64,000 nucleotides of DNA from Yuukianura sp. NJ FZ-2021 (lineage: Eukaryota). Position 1 is the stretch's first letter, and every line of letters begins with the position of its first letter. Location of the stretch: assembly GCA_046563655.1 (NCBI GenBank), contig CM102289.1, positions 5,084,001 to 5,148,000 of the forward strand, written 5' to 3'. Position numbers and translations under genes: made by a program. The notes beneath the pieces were generated by a model. That model was not told the DNA's origin and ran no database searches. It saw only the letters and a program-made list of their open reading frames with translations. This document shows, piece by piece, positions 43,501-56,006 of the stretch.

Positions 43501-46500
43501 AGGATTTTTGGAAAAAGTCAGGATTAGGCTAACAAATTCACTACAGTGCATTTTGCTTTTTTATGGAAATTTAAAAAATTCCAAAGTATTGATTTTTAAA
43601 AACACCATCACACCTTCTAACTTTCTACAGAAGGATTTTTGGAAAAAGTCAGGATTAGGCTAACAAATTCACTACAGTGCATTTTGCTTTTTTATGGAAA
43701 TTTAAAAAATTCCAAAGTATTGATTTTTAAAAACACCATCACACCTTCTAACTTTCTACAGAAGGATTTTTGGAAAAAGTCAGGATTAGGCTAACAAATT
43801 CACTACAGTGCATTTTGCTTTTTTATGGAAATTTAAAAAATTCCAAAGTATTGATTTTTAAAAACACCATCACACCTTATAACTTTCTACAGAAGGATTT
43901 TTGGAAAAAGTCAGGATTAGGCTAACAAATTCACTACAGTGCATTTTGCTTTTTTATGGAAATTTCAAAAATTCCAAAGTATTGATTTTTAAAAACACCA
44001 TCACACCTTCTAACTTTCTACAGAAGGATTTTTGGAAAAAGTCAGGATTAGGCTAACAAATTCACTACAGTGCATTTTGCTTTTTTATGGAAATTTCAAA
44101 AATTCCAAAGTATTGATTTTTAAAAACACCATCACACCTTCTAACTTTCTACAGAAGGATTTTTGGAAAAAGTCAGGATTAGGCTAACCAATTCACTACA
44201 GTGCATTTTGCTTTTTTATGGAAATTTCAAAAATTCCAAAGTATTGATTTTTAAAAACACCATCACACCTTCTAACTTTCTACAGAAGGATTTTTGGAAA
44301 AAGTCAGGATTAGGCTAACAAATTCACTACAGTGCATTTTGCTTTTTTATGGAAATTTAAAAAATTCCAAAGTATTGATTTTTAAAAACACCATCACACC
44401 TTCTAACTTTCTACAGAAGGATTTTTGGAAAAAGTCAGGATTAGGCTAACAAATTCACTACAGTGCATTTTGCTTTTTTATGGAAATTTCAAAAATTCCA
44501 AAGTATTGATTTTTAAAAACACCATCACACCTTCTAACTTTCTACAGAAGGATTTTTGGAAAAAGTCAGGATTAGGCTAACAAATTCACTACAGTGCATT
44601 TTGCTTTTTTATGGAAATTTCAAAAATTCCAAAGTATTGATTTTTAAAAACACCATCACACCTTCTAACTTTCTACAGAAGGATTTTTGGAAAAAGTCAG
44701 GATTAGGCTAACCAATTCACTACAGTGCATTTTGCTTTTTTATGGAAATTTCAAAAATTCCAAAGTATTGATTTTTAAAAACACCATCACACCTTCTAAC
44801 TTTCTACAGAAGGATTTTTGGAAAAAGTCAGGATTAGGCTAACAAATTCACTACAGTGCATTTTGCTTTTTTATGGAAATTTAAAAAATTCCAAAGTATT
44901 GATTTTTAAAAACACCATCACACCTTCTAACTTTCTACAGAAGGATTTTTGGAAAAAGTCAGGATTAGGCTAACAAATTCACTACAGTGCATTTTGCTTT
45001 TTTATGGAAATTTAAAAAATTCCAAAGTATTGATTTTTAAAAACACCATCACACCTTCTAACTTTCTACAGAAGGATTTTTGGAAAAAGTCAGGATTAGG
45101 CTAACAAATTCACTACAGTGCATTTTGCTTTTTTATGGAAATTTCAAAAATTCCAAAGTATTGATTTTTAAAAACACCATCACACCTTCTAACTTTCTAC
45201 AGAAGGATTTTTGGAAAAAGTCAGGATTAGGCTAACAAATTCACTACAGTGCATTTTGCTTTTTTATGGAAATTTAAAAAATTCCAAAGTATTGATTTTT
45301 AAAAACACCATCACACCTTCTAACTTTCTACAGAAGGATTTTTGGAAAAAGTCAGGATTAGGCTAACAAATTCACTACAGTGCATTTTGCTTTTTTATGG
45401 AAATTTAAAAAATTCCAAAGTATTGATTTTTAAAAACACCATCACACCTTCTAACTTTCTACAGAAGGATTTTTGGAAAAAGTCAGGATTAGGCTAACAA
45501 ATTCACTACAGTGCATTTTGCTTTTTTATGGAAATTTAAAAAATTCCAAAGTATTGATTTTTAAAAACACCATCACACCTTCTAACTTTCTACAGAAGGA
45601 TTTTTGGAAAAAGTCAGGATTAGGCTAACAAATTCACTACAGTGCATTTTGCTTTTTTATGGAAATTTAAAAAATTCCAAAGTATTGATTTTTAAAAACA
45701 CCATCACACCTTCTAACTTTCTACAGAAGGATTTTTGGAAAAAGTCAGGATTAGGCTAACAAATTCACTACAGTGCATTTTGCTTTTTTATGGAAATTTC
45801 AAAAATTCCAAAGTATTGATTTTTAAAAACACCATCACACCTTCTAACTTTCTACAGAAGGATTTTTGGAAAAAGTCAGGATTAGGCTAACAAATTCACT
45901 ACAGTGCATTTTGCTTTTTTATGGAAATTTAAAAAATTCCAAAGTATTGATTTTTAAAAACACCATCACACCTTATAACTTTCTACAGAAGGATTTTTGG
46001 AAAAAGTCAGGATTAGGCTAACAAATTCACTACAGTGCATTTTGCTTTTTTATGGAAATTTCAAAAATTCCAAAGTATTGATTTTTAAAAACACCATCAC
46101 ACCTTCTAACTTTCTACAGAAGGATTTTTGGAAAAAGTCAGGATTAGGCTAACAAATTCGCTACAGTGCATTTTGCTTTTTTATGGAAATTTCAAAAATT
46201 CCAAAGTATTGATTTTTAAAAACACCATCACACCTTCTAACTTTCTACAGAAGGATTTTTGGAAAAAGTCAGGATTAGGCTAACCAATTCACTACAGTGC
46301 ATTTTGCTTTTTTATGGAAATTTCAAAAATTCCAAAGTATTGATTTTTAAAAACACCATCACACCTTCTAACTTTCTACAGAAGGATTTTTGGAAAAAGT
46401 CAGGATTAGGCTAACAAATTCACTACAGTGCATTTTGCTTTTTTATGGAAATTTAAAAAATTCCAAAGTATTGATTTTTAAAAACACCATCACACCTTCT

Positions 46501-48304
46501 AACTTTCTACAGAAGGATTTTTGGAAAAAGTCAGGATTAGGCTAACAAATTCACTACAGTGCATTTTGCTTTTTTATGGAAATTTAAAAAATTCCAAAGT
46601 ATTGATTTTTAAAAACACCATCACACCTTCTAACTTTCTACAGAAGGATTTTTGGAAAAAGTCAGGATTAGGCTAACAAATTCACTACAGTGCATTTTGC
46701 TTTTTTATGGAAATTTCAAAAATTCCAAAGTATTGATTTTTAAAAACACCATCACACCTTCTAACTTTCTACAGAAGGATTTTTGGAAAAAGTCAGGATT
46801 AGGCTAACAAATTCACTACAGTGCATTTTGCTTTTTTATGGAAATTTCAAAAATTCCAAAGTATTGATTTTTAAAAACACCATCACACCTTCTAACTTTC
46901 TACAGAAGGATTTTTGGAAAAAGTCAGGATTAGGCTAACAAATTCACTACAGTGCATTTTGCTTTTTTATGGAAATTTCAAAAATTCCAAAGTATTGATT
47001 TTTAAAAACACCATCACACCTTCTAACTTTCTACAGAAGGATTTTTGGAAAAAGTCAGGATTAGGCTAACAAATTCACTACAGTGCATTTTGCTTTTTTA
47101 TGGAAATTTAAAAAATTCCAAAGTATTGATTTTTAAAAACACCATCACACCTTCTAACTTTCTACAGAAGGATTTTTGGAAAAAGTCAGGATTAGGCTAA
47201 CAAATTCACTACAGTGCATTTTGCTTTTTTATGGAAATTTAAAAAATTCCAAAGTATTGATTTTTAAAAACACCATCACACCTTCTAACTTTCTACAGAA
47301 GGATTTTTGGAAAAAGTCAGGATTAGGCTAACAAATTCACTACAGTGCATTTTGCTTTTTTATGGAAATTTCAAAAATTCCAAAGTATTGATTTTTAAAA
47401 AATTCCAAAGTATTGATTTTTAAAAACACCATCACACCTTCTAACTTTCTACAGAAGGATTTTTGGAAAAAGTCAGGATTAGGCTAACAAATTCACTACA
47501 GTGCATTTTGCTTTTTTATGGAAATTTCAAAAATTCCAAAGTATTGATTTTTAAAAAATTCCAAAGTATTGATTTTTAAAAACACCATCACACCTTCTAA
47601 CTTTCTACAGAAGGATTTTTGGAAAAAGTCAGGATTAGGCTAACAAATTCACTACAGTGCATTTTGCTTTTTTATGGAAATTTAAAAAATTCCAAAGTAT
47701 TGATTTTTAAAAACACCATCACATCTTCTAACTTTCTACAGAAGGATTTTTGGAAAAAGTCAGGATTAGGCTAACAAATTCACTACAGTGCATTTTGCTT
47801 TTTTATGGAAATTTCAAAAATTCCAAAGTATTGATTTTTAAAAAATTCCAAAGTATTGATTTTTAAAAACACCATCACACCTTCTAACTTTCTACAGAAG
47901 GATTTTTGGAAAAAGTCAGGATTAGGCTAACAAATTCACTACAGTGCATTTTGCTTTTTTATGGAAATTTAAAAAATTCCAAAGTATTGATTTTTAAAAA
48001 CACCATCACACCTTCTAACTTTCTACAGAAGGATTTTTGGAAAAAGTCAGGATTAGGCTAACAAATTCACTACAGTGCATTTTGCTTTTTTATGGAAATT
48101 TAAAAAATTCCAAAGTATTGATTTTTAAAAACACCATCACACCTTCTAACTTTCTACAGAAGGATTTTTGGAAAAAGTCAGGATTAGGCTAACAAATTCA
48201 CTACAGTGCATTTTGCTTTTTTATGGAAATTTAAAAAATTCCAAAGTATTGATTTTTAAAAACACCATCACACCTAGCTTTCTACAGAAGGACTTTTGGA
48301 AAAA
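31533..48304. repeat. 131-bp satellite array (~126 copies), including about ten 156-bp variant units
   Basis: GGAAAAAGTCAGGATTAGG recurs at 31541, 31672, 31803, 31934 (period 131); variant units carry a 25-bp duplication AAAAAATTCCAAAGTATTGATTTTT. Confidence 0.98.
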
Positions 48305-48847
48305 TCCAGAAAATTGGATATATCCACTGCTTATCCAGTAAACTATACCGAAATGGCTTCCACTACGTTTCTGCAAACGAAGAGAAACGCAGTGAAAACT
48401 CTTAAGACTCACTTGTCTCGGACGTTAATTTAAGCGACAAATCATCTGAAATCAGATTAATTTGTAAAATCTCAAACAACCAAAAATCCCTTTCGCTCCT
48501 CCGATAATACTGTTTCCGATTTGCAAAATTTGAAAATATTATTGAAAAAGTTTGTTCCCAAAGCGACGAGTAGCCACTCTACGTTTTGTGTCAATTTGCA
48601 CATGCGCAACTTTTTTTGAAATTCTGTTTGGTGGTTTTTCCACGAAGCCCTTCAATTAAAAAACGGCTCGTGAGACTACCTTAGTAATACAGTGTGTCTT
48701 TTTGTTTAGTTGCCTTGGTAAAAATGGAGTGCAACACCTTATCACGATGACATCTTGGTAAAACAGTTTTCTTTACACTAAAAGGACGCCAGAAATTTTG
48801 AGTTCATACCCCTTACCGCCAAAACTTTTCCTGTCAATTGAATCAAG

Positions 48848-49525
48848 ATGGCTGCGGAGGCTCTTCCTGGAAGTGGTGCCCGTGATATCTGGGCCGACAT
48901 GAGTCGCATCACTGCTATAAATGCCCGAGCCAACCACCCCAACTACTGGGCTCTGTTTCCCAAGGAATCCTACCAAATCAACCCTTACACAAAGACAACT
49001 TGTAAGTGACGATCTATGAGGACCTGCTTGCTATGTTTAAAAATGTCTGATTTGTCTGTTTTCAGTGAGTTATGTCACTGGTAAAGTCGGTGAGAAGAAG
49101 CCCGTCGCAGACTACCGGAGTATTCCTGGCTTCGACCGGATCAAGTGTCTTTATGACAAAGCCTACACACCCCCAATGAAGAAGTGCTATCAGGGTGGAC
49201 CAGAAACAGAACTTCAACGGTGAAAGAACACTAAATTGCCGTTTGCCAACTAATTTGTTAGAGACTTGTGAATTGTTGAAAATTTGTTTGCAGATTCGGG
49301 TGGTTTAACAAGAAATACGATTCGGAAGACTACGACAAACGGTTCGTCTACACCCATCGTACTCCGGACTTTATTAAAACGCAGATGCTGGTAAGAGGAG
49401 CTGCAGAAAAGTAAAGCTTTCCTTACTCAAGTTAATTAGTAGCATACTTTTATTAATTATCATCACAGATCAACGCCTACGACCAAGCGATGAGTGGACT
49501 GGAAGTTAGCAAATCTCAAAAATGA
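48848..49525 (+). CDS. CFAP144: FAM183/CFAP144-like ciliary protein (153 aa, 4 exons)
   Basis: Manually spliced GT-AG exons 48848-49001, 49066-49219, 49294-49390, 49469-49525 give an open frame MAAEALPG...YQINPYTK...PPMKKCYQGGPETELQRFGWF...KRFVYTHRTPDFIK...SKSQK*; the INP and P-KKY---P-TE-Q--GW motifs resemble FAM183 as recalled (not searched); absent from the ORF track. Confidence 0.75.
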
Positions 49526-50239
49526 TATGAGCCCGTTAAACTCTAGCGTTTCAAAATTGACTCTCAAAATTCAATCAACTCAAAATTCTGCAACTAAATT
49601 GCTCAAATCAATTTTTGTTTAAAGTACTACCAAAATTCTATCCCTAAAATTCACATTCCCTAATAAGGACTAAAAATTGCATTTTGAATTAAAATTGGTT
49701 ACTATTTGACGCTTTTAGTTATTTCTGCCATCTATGGGAGAAGTACTGAAATTATTTACTTTGTATGCTGAACTTACATTACTTGATTTTGAGTTTGTGA
49801 GGTGCAGAGATCGGCCATTTCAGTTCGAATACCTGTTCAATTTTCGATGGTAGCTTTTATAAAGTCAGTGAATCCTCACCAATAATAAACCAGATACTTT
49901 ATAAACTTTCTAGAAATACATAAAATAAACTCTAACCAGTTTCTGAAGATGGTTCAATTTGTATTTATATTTATTTATATGCATATTTATAATACACTAC
50001 TGATAGGAATTATGGCGGTCGAACTCAATCAGCGCAGCAGCAGCGTCTTGTGATGTGATCTATTCAAACATTTTAGAGAGAGGTTAGGAATACTGCCGAC
50101 TCCTGCTTAAAAACAAACCGGGTAGGAAGGAGCTGCATGAATTTACAGATTGCCTTGCATTGAATTCGAGTTGTGACAATTAAGATTTGTTTTGTTCGAA
50201 GATTATTGATCGTAATCCTAATTAACAGCATATTGCAAG

Positions 50240-52450
50240 ATGAGTGGTGGACGGGGTCGTCAAGATTCATATCGAAGTGACCGAGAGGATAGATTGTACG
50301 ACGATCAAGATTATTATGAGGTAATTGTATTGGCTAGTTCTTGCTTGCTTTCGTATGTTTTAATAATTTTTGGACATTCATTTATTGGCATGATTTTTTT
50401 GAGCAATGAATCATCAAGCGCATTTGATTTATAGTACTACGGAGGTGGTGGGTATGGTCAGGATGGTGGTAACGATTACTACTATGGCGGGGATAATCGA
50501 CGAACCTCGCTCTCATCTTACCATCTTCCGGATCCGGTGATCAAGTTTATTACCCATCTATATCATTCAATTAACAATCGAGATACTGTGGAAATCGAGA
50601 ACTTGTATGAGAGCCGTTACCCTCAACTTTCCAAGGATTATTTCAAAGAAGAGCGATGGCCTTTGGATATTCAGAACTTGGTGGACGAGCCAGTTGTAAG
50701 AAAAGTTTTTTTATTGTTTGATAATTGGATGCTCTAGCATTAACTTACGTTTGCCTATATTTTTTAATATTTAGTTCAATACTCTTTATCGAGAGTTGTA
50801 CTTTCGACATATTTATGCTGCTCTGCCCAATTCATTGATGTTCAGCGATCGTTGTAACTCATATTCCAACTACTGCGAACTCTTCAACATGATTCTAAGT
50901 AAGTTTTAGTTTTGTGGCACTGCCTTTTCTATTTTGATATGTTGGATTTATTTATTATAGCTGCTCCGGAACCAATCGAGCTAACTTTGACAAACCAGTG
51001 GCTGTGGGAAATTATTGACGAATTCGTCTACCAATTCCAGTCGTTTAGTCAGTTTCGCCGCAGTCCGAAGCTGAACAGTGATGAGTTGACATACATCAAG
51101 GATCATAACTACATTTGGAGTGTATTGAGTGTGCTCAACGTTCTCCACGCTCTTATTGAGAAGAGTAACATCAATCAGCAGTTGAAAGTACCTTGACATT
51201 TGTCTCCCCAAATTCCGACATGATGAAGATGAAATGTAGCTGTATTGGCTTTATTTTATTGTAGGCTTATTTCACTGGCGAAAACGCGGAGACTGTAGCT
51301 GGGGAGTTTGGTCGCTCTCCCTTGTACAAGATGTTGGGGTACTTCAGTCTGATTGCTCTGCTGCGAGTGCACTCCATGCTTGGAGACTATCACTTGGCTG
51401 TCAAAGTATTGGAAAACGTGGATTTACACAAAAATGTAAAGAACTTTTACTTTATGTTTGAATTTATTTAGTGTAAAACATTATACGCTTACTTATTGGG
51501 AAACTTGCAATATTTTTAGACAATGTACTGCAACGTACCGGCGTGTCAAGTAACAACTTACTACTACGTTGGATTTGCTTACGTCATGATGAGACGCTAC
51601 GCTGATGCTATCCGGACCTACACCAACTCGCTTCTTTATGTTCAGCGAATGAGACAAATGTTTCAAACAAAGTCTTATCAAAATGACCAGGTAAGTCCTC
51701 TCAATTTTTTAATATTTATAACTCTATGTTCTAAAAGCTTCATTTCTTAAACTCCATTTCTGAAGGTCAACAAACAAACGGATCAGATGTACACTATGCT
51801 CGCCGTATGCTTGGTTCTCCACCCGCAATCAATTGATGAGTCCATCAATAACGTTCTTCAAGATCGGAAGTACGCTGATCGTATTGCCCGGATGCAAGCA
51901 GGAGACATCAAAGAATTTGAAAATTGCTTTCTCTTTGCCTGTCCCAAGTTTTTATCTCCAGTTCCATCAAGTTTGGAAGGAGCTGCTCCTGAGCACGAAC
52001 CTCTTCAACTCCAAAAAGCCATTTTCTTGGAGGAAGTCCAACAGCAAATTTATTTACCAACAATCCGAAGGTTAGCAATCAATCACTCATCAGTCTCTGG
52101 AGTATGTATACGCAAAACCTTTGACTCTATACTTTTGGATTTCTAGCTTTCTCAAACTGTACACTACCATGCCACTGGAGAAGTTGGCTGGATTCATGGA
52201 GCTGGATGAAACGACTCTTCGTGAGTGTCTGCTCTGCTTCAAACACAAGATGCACAACATCGTCTGGAGTAAAGGTGTAAGTTCTTTGGATGGTGAGTTC
52301 CAAGCTGGATCCGAAGTTGATTTTTACATCGACAAACGAATGATTCACATTGCTGATACCAAAGTGGGAAGACGTTACGGCGATTACTTCATTCGTCAAA
52401 TTCATCTGTTTGAAGAGTTGGCTCGAGGTCTAAAATCACTTCGATTTTAA
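50240..52450 (+). CDS. EIF3L: Eukaryotic translation initiation factor 3 subunit L (8 exons)
   Basis: Exons 50240-50320, 50435-50695, 50775-50898, 50961-51187, 51265-51435, 51520-51690, 51766-52070, 52147-52450; conserved motifs [79 protein letters not shown]. Confidence 0.97.
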
Positions 52451-52992
52451 CTCCGTTTTCGGTATTCCTTCTACCTTTAAGTAGCAAGTGTTTCTCTCTC
52501 CACGTAAAAGTAAGTCTTTACATTTTACTTACTTGGTATTTGGTAAAATAAAAATTGTTTGAAAACTCCAAAAATAGTTCAACAAAAAAAATTTCAGAAG
52601 GATTTGTTTTATTTAGGTAACATACACGGAGGATATTATTGATTCCTTTTTCCTTTAGGTAGTAGTGCCATATGGAGTATTTACACAGTTTTAGTTTAAT
52701 ACTTCTTAGCGGAAGACTAAATTTCCAAACGTATCTTCTATCGTCTTTTAACTTCTAATTTCACAGATTAATCTCAATTTTGTAGAGTTATTGATCAATT
52801 TTATGAGTTTGAGTGTCACTCTCGGGTGGAATTAATCCACCTTTAGTAAAATATTTCATTTTTGGTCTTTTTTGTCCTAGGAAGAAATGTCAAAGGTCAC
52901 GGGTCGCTCGGATGCCTATGAAGCGACCCACTCTGATCTCAGACTGTTGTGACCATCATGTCCACACATTCTTCCAAGGACGGTCCACGATG

Positions 52993-55900
52993 TCATCCGA
53001 TGCCCTTCCTCTCCGTCCTGGTGCAGCAGATCCACAGGCTGAGAATGGTGATGATGATGGCCATGACGACAATGAGCGGCAAAGTGTAGTCGAAACCGTT
53101 ACAAGCAGCTTCGTCTTCTCCTAGAGGGCAGTTGGGTATGCCGTTACAGAAGAGTGACTTGTGGACGCATGCATGGATTGATGCACACTTGAATCCCCCG
53201 CAAGTATCACGCAGCTCCGTGACGAAGTTGTGGATTGGTTCTCCCTCTGAGAAAACTTGGAGGTAGTTCATGTCAACGTCAGAGTCCAGGAGTTCCAGAA
53301 TGAGAACGTTAGAGGCGTAGGGAGTGACGGAAACGTTGGTCCATCCTGGTGAGAACGCCGTGTGTTCATACTGAAGACAAATGTATTTCTGCGTCTGCGC
53401 GGTGTGCAGAATCATGGGTTTGCAGGTTGAGCTCTTGGATGTTAGAGCGAGGAAAGTGTGGGGAGCTGGCGGTAGGATGTAGAAGGATGCTGGACAATGT
53501 GAGGGTTTTGTCAAGGTCATCTTTGTTGACTGACTGAAGAAGTGAGGTTCGGGGCATAAGTTCAAATTGAGCATTTCGTACCTATGTAAAGTAAAAAATA
53601 TTATGAGGTCAAGGTCAAAGTTGACATTGAAAGGTCAAAGGTCATGCTTACGTTCCATCAAAGTAGAAAGAAGTATGATCATCTTGAGCTCCCATGTTTT
53701 CGATGGACATTACAAGCTCGGCAATTGTCGTAGTCGATGTTAAGATTAACGGATTCGTCCGAATTTCTTCGCCGCAGAAACAGTCACGAACGGTCGGGAA
53801 TGTTTCGTTTGTCGTCTCGACTAATTGCCGAAACTCGAGTTTCGCAATCAGTTGAGACGAGTTGAAGACTTTGCAAATTGTGCGTTTCGTTATTGATTCC
53901 ATCGCAGATATGCAGGAACTTTAACAAAAGTTATGTTAGGTTAACCTTAACTTTAATTTTTACTACGATTGAGGATTTAATGTCACTAACCTCCTTCCTT
54001 TGAGCCCAATCCGGTTCAGCGTCAGTCGAACGTGCTGCCCTCTGTCCGCTTCGAAACGAAACACGCAGCGCAGACTCCTCTTTCCGGCTCGACCAAACAG
54101 AAGTACGTTTCGTGTTGACGAAAAACTTCCGGAACTGGATCGAAACGTTTTTGAACATGACGAGTCGTCACCATTTTGAACAAACTCGTAGTCGATGATG
54201 AAGGAAGACTTTTCCAGAACAGTGCCATTGACTGTAGTGTACTTGAGCGTCAGTTGAGGTGAAGCGGAAACAAACGACTGTTCAAACGGAACGCATGCGC
54301 GGGACGCCGTTAGCAATTTGAATTCACACACGGGCGGAGCGTTTGTCGATGTGAACAGAATTCCGGTGCTGAGAGACGAGGCATTGACGTTCCAAGGCGT
54401 TGAGGAACCTAGATCTAAAATAAAATTCAACGAGTTCAAATTTTGAAAAAGTTTTCGTATCTCATTTTGAAAAATGACGGCTATACTTTTAGATTCGGCA
54501 CTCGTTGGTTGCTCCCAAAGTTCAATGAAGCTTCCATTTGAGAGGGAGAATTTGATAAAGCTAATCCAGACGCGTTGACTATTTCGACCTTGGAAGTAGT
54601 AGTTGCATGATGTATTTTCTGGAAGAGAGTGGACAGGAGACACAAGTCTCCCGCTCATTTTTTCAAAACTGGAAATTGTGTGAAGACAGTTGTGATTTTC
54701 TGAGTATGCGTAGGAATCCTTGCGGATTAACACAGTTTTGGCAGCTAAATTCATTCCCTGAGACAAAGTTTAAATCCAGCATCAGACACGCTCTAATCCC
54801 GCGGAAATAATTTTTGACGCTACGTTTCTAAAACTTTTTTTTACCTTAATCCCGCCACCGGCTGATGGCACAACTGCTCCATTGTCACCAGAATAAAACT
54901 GAACTAGCATTTCATGTCCACTCGAAGTGACTTCTCTGAGGTATCCGTTGCCACAAAACTTGATCAGAACAGGGTCGCGGATGCTGTAGCCATCGTAGAC
55001 GACGACATACTCCGTACAGCTATTGCCATACCTGAGGTCACCATGTCCAATGTTCACGTGACCTGAGAGTCTGATGAGAGCTCTGAGGCCGACAGGGGTC
55101 GCTGTTTCTCTGATGGCGTAGTAGCAAGTGGAGTTGTTCGGGTAGAGACCCGGGAAGTTCGGAGTTTGTATTGTACAGTTCCCTTGGCAGTTTTCGTACA
55201 GAATGGAACAGAGCGTTCCTTGCAGAAGCGTTCCACGGTTGGGGTAAAAAGTTCTGGGTAGGAACTTGAAGTAAACATCAAACTCAGAGGAGAATTGGAT
55301 TTCGATTTGATTCAAATCTGAGTAGTAGTTGGACAAAGTTTCGGACTTGAATCCAGATTTTGCACAAAATTTGGACTTGTGATGTGGATTTCCAATTTCA
55401 CGAATTTCCAAAGGATTTGTACAATTTGAGGCCGAAGAAATTGAAAGTGGGATTGACAGCTACAACAATGACAAATCGATTTTTCGATCAAAATTTTGTA
55501 AAAATTTGGAGATGGAATGGAATGTATGTCATGGGTGTATTTGAAAAATTCAAAAAAAAAAACTAAAAATAGGAGTTTTTTTTTTCACCTGGACAATATC
55601 ACCGTAGTTGTTCCCCGCTGCATTGAAAGTGATGAGGCAAGACACGGGAATGTGAATCGTTAGGGCGTAAGTGTATCCCACCACGCCATAGTAAGTTCGA
55701 TTACACACTGTTTTTGAAAAAAAAAAAAAACATGAAAACGACCTATGACCTTTTAAGAATTACTTTTTCAAAATTTTGAAATTTTTTGATTTTAAAAATT
55801 TAAATCTTACCGGTACAACCCACTGGTTCATCCGATTTATCCCTACAATCTGCCACTCGATTGCAATATTTGTCACTCTGAACACATTGTCCATTTTTAC

Positions 55901-56006
55901 ATTCAAATTCTGCCAAGTTACAGCCACCACTCACTCTCAAAACGTAAACATTTGTCAGTAAAACAAAGAACTCAAGGAGAACTTTTTGGCGCCAAATTGA
56001 AAACAT
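52993..56006 (-). CDS. Type I membrane protein: signal peptide, LDLa, multiple CUB domains, LDLa, TM, short tail (~7 exons)
   Basis: Approximate exons 56006-55811, 55707-55589, 55459-54845, 54757-54488, 54408-53991, 53918-53652, 53581-52993; LDLa CNLAEFECKNGQC...CRDKSDE; CUB motifs IQTPNFPGLYPNNSTCYY, VYDG...FCG, GRLVSP...CNYYF; LDLa FKC...CNGIPNCPLGEDE; TM LPLIVVMAIIITILSLWIC. Confidence 0.88.

Larger units (their letters stand above)
28555..48717. mobile_element. Non-autonomous P-element-like TIR DNA transposon, 20.2 kb, carrying nested modules and a satellite array
   Basis: TIRs 28555-28624 and 48648-48717 begin CAAGGCAACTAAACAAAAAGACACAC and match except for 5 mismatches in one 8-nt bubble; exact 8-bp TSD GTAAAAAT at 28547-28554 and 48718-48725; CA termini plus 8-bp TSD fit the P superfamily; no transposase-length ORF inside. 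Confidence 0.88.

Noticed and set aside
1..48304. CRISPR-like reading of the tandem arrays
   Set aside because: No unique spacers and no cas genes; head-to-tail satellites in an intron-containing eukaryotic context
48773..48976. Minus-strand 67-aa ORF
   Set aside because: Antisense shadow of exon 1 of the FAM183-like gene
54409..54487. Continuous 267-aa ORF across this segment
   Set aside because: AT-rich stretch with GT/AG ends; more likely an in-frame intron without stops (boundaries approximate)
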